From NCBI RefSeq assembly GCF_009914755.1, contig NC_060935.1: a DNA stretch of 64,000 nucleotides; one strand, written 5' to 3'. The DNA is from the human T2T-CHM13v2.0 reference genome, Homo sapiens. This document shows positions 50,306-64,000 of the stretch, one piece after another. Numbering within the stretch: the stretch's first letter is position 1; the number at the start of each line of letters is the position of its first letter. The position numbers and the translations under genes were made by a program. The notes beneath the pieces were generated by a model. That model was not told the origin of the DNA, made no database searches, and saw only the letters and a list, made by a program, of their open reading frames with translations.

Positions 50306-53204
50306 GAAGGAGGTCTTATCTGATGACTTTTATTTTCTCCATGAAGCCGGTAAGGACATCTGCTGAGGTTAGCAACTTGGGAAAGGTAAAGGTTTGAGAA
50401 GAAATAATTCAAAAAAGTTATTTCAATGAGGAAAAAAACTAGGCTGGCCAGTTTCACCAGGAGTGTTGAAGGTGTGTTTGCTATTGGTGATCATGGAAAT
50501 ATAATGATAATAAGGTGCAATGTTAAGCAGATTTTTCTAGTATCACTTACATACAGACACAGAAAAAGTGGATAGTGGGTTCACAGACAGGGGATGGAAT
50601 TTTAAAGGGATACAAGAGAGATTTTAAGTTATCGGCAAGACTCTTGCTAAAAAGCCGAACTCCGAGTGTTAAGCTGACTTAAACAACTTCCATTTTAGCC
50701 TTGTACAAAATTGAAAGGCCAGTAACAAATTCCATTTTTGTTGACAAGATTTGTGAAATCAAAACTTTGTACTCCTTTTGTTAGGCATAAGTTTCATTGA
50801 TTGATAAATCTGTGGTTCCTGCATCTGCATGAATAACCTCTGATTTTGCCCTGTGCCCATATGGAACTACGACTTACCACCTCCTTGTATTTTTTTCCCT
50901 TTCAGTTTTTAATTTAAGTTTGGGGGTACATTTGCAGGTTTATTACGTGGGTGAATTGTGTGTCATTGGAGTTTGGTATACAAATTATTTTGTTACCTAG
51001 GTGGTAAGCATAGTACCTGATAGGTAGTTTTTTTATCTTCAGTCTCCTCTGATGCCCCACCCTCAAGTAGGCCCCAGCGTCTCTCGTTTTTTTGTTTGTT
51101 TCTGTGTACTCAATGTTTAGCTCCCACTTATAAGTGAGAACATGCAGTGTTTGATTATCTGTTCCTGTGTTAATTCCTTAGAATAAATGCCCTCCAACTC
51201 CATGTTGCTGCAAAGACATGATTTCATTCTTTTTTTAATGGCTGCATAGTGTTCCATGGTGTATATCCACTGCATTTTCTTTATCCAGTGCATCATTGAT
51301 GGGCATCTAGATTGATTCCATGTTTTTGGTATTGTAAATAGTGCTTCAGTGAATATATGAGTACATGTGTCTTTGGGTATATATTCAGTAATGGGATAGC
51401 TGGGTCAAATGGCAGTTCTGTTTTAAGTTCTTTGAGAAATCTCCAAACTGCTTTCCACAGTGGCTGAACTAATTTACATTCCCACCAGCAGTGTATCAAC
51501 ATTCCCTTTTCTCCAGAATCTTGCCAGCATATGTTATTTTTTGACTTTTTAATAACAGTCATTCTGACTGTTGTGAGATCTCATTGTGGTTTTGATTTGC
51601 ATTTCTCTAATGATTAGTGACATTGAGCACTTTTTTCTATGCTTGCTGGCCATGTGTATGTCTTCTTTTGAGAAGCATCTGTTCATGTCCTTTGTGCATT
51701 TTTAATGGAGTTGTTTGTTTTCTGCTTGTTGGTTGTTCAATTTCCTTATAGATTTTGGATATTAAACTCTTGTTGAATGCACAGTTCACAGATATCTTCT
51801 CCCATTCTGTAGGTTATCTGTTCAGTCTGTTGATAGTTTCTGTTTCTGTGGAGAAGCTCCTTAGTTTAATTAGGTCCCACTTGTCAATTTTTGTTTTTGT
51901 TGCAGTTGCTTTTGGAGTCTTCATCATGAAATCTTTGCTTGGGCTTATGTTCAAAATGATATTTTCTAGGTCTTCTTCCAGGGTTTTTATAGTTTTAGGT
52001 CTTACATTTAAGTCTTTAATTTATTGTAAGTTGATTTTTGTATATGGTGAAAGGTAAGCATCCAGTTTCAATCTTCTGCATATGGCTAGCCAGTTATCCC
52101 AACACACTTTATTGAATAAAGAGTTCTTCCCCCATTACTTATTATTGTTGACTTTGTTGAAGATCAAGTGGTTGTACATGTGCAGCTTTATTTCTGGGTT
52201 CTGTAATCTGTTTTTTGGTCTATGTGCCTGTATTTGTATCAGTATCATGTGGTTTTTGTTACTGTAGCCTTGTAGTCTAGTTTGATGTCAGATAGTGTGA
52301 TGCCTCTGGCTTTGTTCTTTTTGCTTAGGATTGCTTTGGCTATCCATCTCTTTTTTGATTCCATATTAATTTTAGAAGAGTTTTCTTTAATTGTGAAAAA
52401 CGACATTGGTAGTTTGATACAAACAGCATTCAAACTGTAAATTGCTTTGGGCAGTATGGGCATTTTAATAATATTGAGTCTATCCAAGAATATGAAATGT
52501 TTTTTCCACTTGTTTGTGTCATCTCTGATTTCTTTTACTAGTGTTTTGTAATGCTTGTTGTAAATATCTTTTACCTCCCTAGTTAGCTGTATTCCTAGGT
52601 TTGTGTGTGTGTGGCTATTGTGAATGCAATCGCATGTTTTATTTGACTCTTAGCTTGGACATTATTGGTATGTAGAAATAATACTGATTTTTGTGCATTG
52701 ATTTAGCATCCTGAAACCTTGCTGAAGTTTATCAGATCTAGGAGCCTTTGAGTAGAGACTATGGTGTTTTCTAGGTATAGAATCATATCATCTGCAAAGA
52801 GAGATAGTTTAATGATCTGTTTCTATCTGGATGCCTTTTGTTTCTTTCTCTTGCTTGATTGCTTTGGCTAGGACTTCCAGAACAATGTTGAATAGGAGTG
52901 GTGAGAGTGGGTATCCTTGTGTTGTTCTGGTTCTCAAGCGGAATGCTTTCAGCTTTTGTTTTTTCAGTTTGATGTTGGATGTGAGTTTTTCATAGATGGT
53001 TCTTATTTTGGGAATGTTCCTTGTATGCCACATTTCTTGAAGATTTTTAACATGAAAGAATATTGAATTTTATTGAAAGACTTTTCTGTATCTATTGAGA
53101 TAATTATGTGTTTTTTTTAATTGTGCTTATATCATAAATCACACTTGTTGGTCTGTGTATGTTGTACTAACCTTGCATTCCAGGAATAAAGCTTACTTGA
53201 TCAT

Positions 53205-53565
53205 TGTATTAGTCGGTTCTCATATTGCTAATAAAGACATACCTGAGACTGCATAATTTATAAAGAAAAAGGCGTTTAATGGACTCACAGTTCCACATGG
53301 CTGGGGAGGTCTCACAATCATGGCAGAAGGTGAAGGAGGAGCAAAGGCATGTCCTACATGGTGGCAGGAAAGAGAGTGTGTGCAGGGGAACTGCCTTTTA
53401 TAAAACTATTTGATCTCATGAGACTTACTATCATGGGAACAGAACTGGAAAAGCCCATCCCCATGATTCAATTACCTCCCATTTGGTCCCTCCCGTGACA
53501 TGTGGGGATTATGGAAGCTACAATTCAAAATAAGATTTGGGTGGAGACACAGCCAAACCATATCA
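53205..53565 (-). mobile_element. THE1B solo LTR inside L1
   Basis: tgtattagtc...cagccaaaccatatca; TSD atcat/atcag. Confidence 0.9.
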
Positions 53566-53847
53566 ATCAGGTGAATTAGCTTTTTGATGTGCTGCTCAAT
53601 TTGATTTACTAGTATTTTGCTGAGGATTTTTGCATCAATGTTCATCAGGGATATTGGTCAGAATTGCTTTATGGTCGAGCATGTAGTTAATATTGGAGTA
53701 TGTACCCTGTGTGGATGAGAAGAATGTATATTTTGTTGTTGTTGGGTGGAGCGCTCTACAGATGTCTGTTAGGTCCACTTGGCCATGTGTCAAGTTTAGG
53801 TCTCGAATATCTTTGTTAGTCTTCTTCCTCAATAATCTGTCTAATAT

Positions 53848-54119
<272 letters not shown>

Positions 54120-54504
54120 TTATCTAAATTTCTTTGTAAGTCTCTAAGAACTTGATTTATGAATCTGGGTGCTCTAGTGATGGATGCAAATATATTTTCT
54201 TATTGAATTGAACCCTTTATCATTATATAATGCCCTTCTTTGTTCTTTTTGATTATTGTTGCTTTAAGGTCTGTTTTGTCTGAAATAAGAATAGCAATTC
54301 CCGCTATTTTTTGTTTTCCATTTGCTTCACAGATCTTTCTTTATCCCTGTACTCTGAGCCCATGGTGCATCACTGCATGTGAGATAGATCTCTTAAAGAC
54401 AGCCTAAAGCTGGATCTTGTGTCTTTATCCAACTTGCCACCCTGCACCTTTTATGTGATGGCATTTATGCTGTTTGCATTCAAGATTAATATTGATTTGT
54501 GTGA

Positions 54505-54805
54505 GGCTAGGCATGATGGCTCATGTCTGTAATCCTAGCACTTTAGGAGGCCAATGTAGGTGGATCACTTCAGGCCATGAGTTCAAGGCCAGCCTGGCCA
54601 ACATGGCAAAACCCCATTTCTACCCAAAACACAAAAATTAGTCAGGCATAGTGGCGCATGCCTGTGATCCCAGCTACTCAGGAGGCTGAGGCATGAGAAA
54701 CATTTGAGCACAGGAGGTGGAGGTTGCAGTGAGCCAAAATTGCACCACTGCAATCTAGCCTGTGCAACCCTGAGACCCTGTCTAGATAGGTAGATACATA
54801 GATAC
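54505..54805 (+). mobile_element. Old Alu (Jb/Sz-like) with (TAGA)n-like tail
   Basis: Full dimer ending gagaccctgtctagataggtagatacatagatac. Confidence 0.9.
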
Positions 54806-56577
54806 TAATTTAATCCTGTCATTATGTTGTTCACCAGTTATTATCTAGACTTGATTGTGTAGTTGCTTTAAAGTGTCAATAATTTATATACTTAAGTGTG
54901 TTTTTGTGGTAGCCAGTAACTGTCTTTCATTTCCATGTTTTGCACTCCCATAAGGTCCTCTCATAAAGCAGGTCTGGTAACAAATTCCTTTAGCATTGGC
55001 TTGTCTGAAAAGGATTTTATTTCTCCTATGTATATAAAGCTTAGTTTGGCTACATATAAAATTCTTGGTTGGAATTTCTTTATTTAAGAATGCTGAATAG
55101 AGGCCCCCAGTCTTTTCTGGATTGTACAATTTGGCTGCTGAAAGGTGTGCTGTCAGTCCGATGGAGTTGTCTTTGTATATGACCTGCCCCTTATCTCTAG
55201 TGGCCTTTACTATATATATTTTTTACATTAATGTCAGAAAATCTGATGGCTATGATTTGGGATTGTCATCTTTTCTAGCGTCTCACAGGAGTTCTCTGCA
55301 TTTCTTGAATTTTAATGTCAACCTCTCTAGTGAGGTTGGGTGGAGACTATCCTCAAGCATGTTTTCCAAGTTGCCCTCTCTCTCTCCCTCTCTTTCATGG
55401 ATGCCAATAAGTCATAGGTATGGTCACTTGACATAATTTTGTATTTCTGTGAGGTTTTGTATATTTTTAAATATTCTTTATCTTTTTTTTTTGACTGAGT
55501 TCATTTGAAAAACCAGTCTTCAAGCTCTGAGATTCTTTCCTCAGCTATGTCTATTCTGCTGTTAATACTTCCAGTTGTTTCTTGCAGTGAGTTTTTCAGC
55601 TCTATCAACTCTACTTTTTTTTTTTTTTTTCTTAAAATGTCTAGTTTGTCTTTCAGCTCTTGAATCATTTTAGTTGATTCCTTAGATTCCTTGGATTGGG
55701 TTTAAACTTTCTCTGAATCTCGATGATCTCCATTGGCATCAAGATTTTGAATTCTATGTCTGTCATTTCAGACATTTCAGCCTGATTAAGAGTCATTGTT
55801 GAGTATCTAGTGTTGCCATTTGGAGGCAAGAAGACACTCGGGCATTTAGAGTTGCCAGAGTTTTTATGCTGTTTCTTTTGCATTCTGTGTGGGTTGTTGT
55901 TCCATTAATCCTTGAAGTTGCTGTCCTTTGGATAGGACTTTTTGCCTTTGTATTCTTCAATGCTCTTGAGTGTTTGGCTGTGGTATAAGTTAGGTTTAGT
56001 TGACTGGCTTTTTTTCTGGATGATTTCAAGGGTCAAGGCTCAGCTTAGCACTTCTGGGCTGTGTACTTTATCACTGGGTGGCTGGGACTAAGCTCACAGC
56101 TTTGTCCTCTGGCCCTTCAAGGTTAGGCAGCTGCTACACTGGAGAGCCCAAGGTGTTCCTAGTCCACTGGCAACAATGTTTTGACGGGGAGTGCCAGAAA
56201 ACTTGCTTCAGTGGGCCAGTGGTATTATGGTCCACAGTCACTCACATGTACCTGTGGCACCAGGGCAGCTGGATCCTCATCTGTGTGTGCTTGCTGGCAG
56301 AGGTGGGTTGGTGGTAGGGTAGTGGCATGGTGGGGTCTGCAGCATGTGTGCATGCCAGCTAAGTAATAAAATGAGGCTGTGGGTAGGTGGACACTGGCAG
56401 AGGCCCCTCTGCAAAAGGTTTTGATGGTTAAATGAGGGCTGCTGATGAAAGAGCTATGGTAGTGTCTGCTGAGATGGACCCTAGTTGGGCATATGAAGCT
56501 GTGCTGCAAGCAGATGTGGCCAGGCAGAAACTCTGTAAGAGGCTGGCAGATAAGAGTACACTTGGGTCAGACATATT

Positions 56578-58319
<1,742 letters not shown>

Positions 58320-58320
58320 T

Positions 58321-58702
58321 AGAATACCTGATACTGGATAACTTATAATGAACAAAAATTTATTGGCTCGTGGTTCTGGAGGCTGAGAATTCTAAGACTG
58401 GGGGACTGGCATCCTGTAAGAGCCTTCTTGCTGTGTCATCCTATGGTGAAAGGCAGAATGGCTAGAGAGGGAGAAATAGAAATAAAGTGAGAGGAAGAAA
58501 AAGACAAGGAGAAGGGGCAAGGGGTTACAAAGTTTTCCTTTCTTGTGATAATATCATTCTTGTGATGAGAGTATTAATCTATTCATGACAGCAGAACCCT
58601 AATGGCCTAATCACTTCTTAAATGTCTCACTTTTTAATCCTGTTACATTGGGGATCATGTTTGTAAGACATGAACTTTGGAGGACATCTTCAAACAATAC
58701 CA
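58321..58702 (-). mobile_element. MSTC/MSTD-type LTR missing one terminus
   Basis: aatttattggctcgtggttctggaggctgag...ttaatctattcatga...ttcaaacaatacca. Confidence 0.7.
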
Positions 58703-58833
58703 GAGGGAATGTAGCCCTACCAACTCATCAACTTCAGACTTCTGGCCTCCAGAACTGTGAGAAAATAAATCTCTCTTGTTTTAAATCATCATTTTTGTGA
58801 TAATCTGTTGCAGCAGCCCTAGGAACCTGATGC
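58703..58833 (+). mobile_element. MLT1 LTR 3' part
   Basis: cagacttctggcctccagaactgtgagaaaataaat...gcagcagccctaggaacctgatgca. Confidence 0.8.
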
Positions 58834-59394
58834 ACATATTTAAGGACAAAATTTAATGTGACATTCAGGTTTTTATCTTCTGCCTCATTTACTGGTCTTT
58901 TCAGGGAAGGAGAGTAAATTCTGAATGTATAATTGGGAGTAGTATCTAGGCATCAATGGCATCACCTCTTCCTCTTCCCTTTTTCTATGGAAATTAGCTG
59001 TCACCAGGAGCCCTGTCTCTTCGTCTGCTCCTCTATGTTAAAAGTTGTCGAGTAGGGATGGGTGTGGCTGCATCATTTTTCCAGCACATCCTGTGACTAG
59101 GCATGTAGATATGTTTAATCATTAAGTCTAATATTATGAAGCCAATTGTTGCCACTCATACACCTAAGCCACAATCTCCTATTTCTAATTTATTAGTAAT
59201 TAAAACGATATTTTTTTCTACATTGTTATCTCAGGGTTTATTTACATTTTAGTTAACCAAAATATTTCCATAACCCCTTCACCTCCATTGAGTCACCCAA
59301 GATGATTGAGAAGAAAAGAAAATACAAATTTGTATTAGTGGAAGAATATTTTATAGATTCACAGGACTCCCCCCACCACCAAAAAAAAGAATGA

Positions 59395-59710
<316 letters not shown>

Positions 59711-59779
59711 ATGTTTGAATTCTTAATGCAATTATATATCTAATTAAAGATAATATAGGTACATATTAAACATTTGGAT

Positions 59780-61870
<2,091 letters not shown>

Positions 61871-62209
61871 TAAATTTAATTTCTTTAGCTAATTTCAGAG
61901 ATTGTTGTATAGATTATATGAGATTAATTCAAGTAAAGCATCAAATCATAACTATTATTATGGCATCTAGTAGTGAATTAATTGGTAACTATTAATATTT
62001 CCCCTACTGTGCTCACATTATACATTGTCCATTTTGCATTTGAAATAGTTAATTACATTTTATCTCTTTCTACATCTACCTGTTCCACTATATAGGGAGC
62101 TCTTTAAAGGCAAGGCAGAGGCTCTATTATTTTTAATTTTTCTAAATGTAAAAATAAATAGTCAATATTTGTTGTATTAATTACTAAATGAATAAAACAA
62201 TTAGTCAAT

Positions 62210-62235
62210 CATCCCATCCATCCATCCATCCATCC
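62210..62235. repeat. (CATC)n microsatellite
   Basis: Directly visible. Confidence 0.85.
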
Positions 62236-62555
62236 GTTTATCCACTAAGTGGAAAATCTTGGATCCTTTGGCTTTGCTATGCAGATTAGTAGAAACATGG
62301 GTACAAGAATGTTTTTGAGGATTTAAGTAAAAACTTATTTGATAAAAACGTCTAGATTTTTTCAAAAACAGTCTTGGGATGAGGCTTAAAACCTTTTAAA
62401 GTGTTTAAGCCAAGTTTTATTAATTTGAATTATCTGTCTTAGAGAATATATATATACACACACATATACATATATTTATATAAGATTTATATACATAATT
62501 TCACATGTAACTTTATATATAATTATACACATATATACACACACCCATAGACATG

Positions 62556-62865
62556 CAATTGTTCCACAGTATGTATGAGGGACTGGTTCCAGGATCCCTG
62601 TAAATACCAAAATTTGAGGATGCGCAATCACTTATGTAAAATGATGTAACATTTGCATATAGGGTATATTTGCATATACAATATACAGTCATCTGTAGAT
62701 TTCTTATAATACCTAATACAATGTAAATGCTGTGTCAATAGTTGTTATGCCATATTTTTAAGTTTATATTGTTTTTTATGGTTACATTATTATTTTAAAA
62801 ATATTCTTGATATGTGGTCGGTTGAATCCACAGATTCCAAACATGAGGACGTGGAGAGCTGACTG
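62556..62865 (+). mobile_element. MER2 (TcMar-Tigger MITE)
   Basis: gggactggttccaggatccc...ataccaaaa...cttataatacctaatacaatgtaaatgct...gttgaatccacagat...gactg followed by TA. Confidence 0.85.
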
Positions 62866-64000
62866 TATTTATATAATATATTCATATATAAACATATATA
62901 AAATATGATATGTATTTAAAGAGAATATACATACAACTTTTTTGTTATTAGGCTCTGCCTACATCAGAAGATTTGAAGCAATTAACACAACACAGATATT
63001 GTCTGGTGCCATTAAAAAGAATTATGTTGTGATGAGGTTATTTTTCTACGTGTAATGAGAACAAGTTGAGTTTTAATAAAAGTGTATCTTTAAGCTTCCG
63101 GGTAACCAACGCAAAAGGGTAACATATTTCTCCGTGTCTGATAGTGAGAAGTTCCTCTCTTAATCTGTTGATAAACTCATTGGTAGCATTAAAATAAAAG
63201 AGTTCCTTCATACATTTTATGGTAAGAGATATTGAATAATAATTTGAAAAATGTCTCCACTAGCAAGGTTACAAAAGGAGACTAGAGAATGATTTTAAAT
63301 AACTTTTTTGCTTCAAGTTATATAAACTATTTGATTAAAAAGATGACTAGTCAGTAAGTCCTGCTTTAGGACTAGACTAGAAAGATGCACAATTTAGCAC
63401 ATTAATTTTTAATACATAAACGCTAAAATATTTGAAATCTTTGTAGAATAATTTGATAATCTCCTTCCAATATTAACAATTGTACCTGGGTTTTCTAGGT
63501 TACTAGGAAACCTCCTATTTAGCACTTTCTACACAAAATAGCCCTCCTTTCTATTCCCAGCCTGAATTAGGTATACCTCTCCTATGGCCACAAGTCTCTT
63601 ATAGCACCTGTCACTTTGGGTCTAAGTAATTTGGGCATATAATTATCTTCCTCTTAATTGAGAAACCTTTATGACAGGAAACATCTATTAGCCATATTTA
63701 TGTTCTCAAGCAGCATAGTTGGCCCTCAGCAGATGTTCTATGTATAAATTGATGGAACCATGAAATAATTAATTAATGAGCTGGCTTCTTGACCTTGTCT
63801 TCACAAACAGGTTAAAAAAAAGATTTGCATCTTCCAAATCATACCTTACTTAGAAATGAGAATTTCCAAATGAATGGCTGTTAGTTTCCTTTCTAAGCAT
63901 GAAAATTTAATTCATTCTTGTTAAATGCACACTCTCAAGCAGGATTGTTAGGCATCTCTCTATTTTCACCCTGGTAAAGGAAGTCGGAAGGACTACTCTG

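Noticed and set aside
51293-53832. Reverse transcriptase/endonuclease-like peptides
   Set aside because: Frameshifted, stop-ridden remnants of L1 ORF2p; not a functional or novel retroelement

Overview
This is primate genomic DNA, most likely human or great ape, judged from AluY, L1PA, THE1 and LTR12C content. It is AT-rich, apparently intronic or intergenic, and roughly half of it is recognisable transposable-element sequence. I find no supportable protein-coding gene, rRNA, tRNA or CRISPR array. The supplied ORFs are antisense-Alu ORFs, decayed L1 ORF2 fragments, MaLR/LTR12 open frames or chance ORFs. The clearest structures are: (1) a CpG-rich solo ERV9 LTR12C (49082-50305, minus strand, 4-bp TSD GAAG) with an intact core promoter; (2) a complete MSTA MaLR provirus nested in MLT1A (35710-38625); (3) a nested stack of MLT1D > MSTA > THE1A plus a 5'-inverted L1 (11.6-13.4 kb); (4) two internally deleted long L1s; (5) many Alu, MIR, L2 and MER fossils. 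The non-TE signals most worth checking are a candidate recursive splice site or micro-exon (45519), well-formed minus-strand exon-like segments downstream of the LTR12 promoter, an old local duplication (about 76% identical, 29.6 kb vs 31.5 kb) and a perfect 22-bp palindrome. I cannot support a claim of a new biological system. The best leads are a possible LTR12-driven spliced lncRNA and a possible recursive-splicing site, both of which are inference. Repeat subfamily names come from recalled consensus sequences and should be confirmed with RepeatMasker/Dfam.
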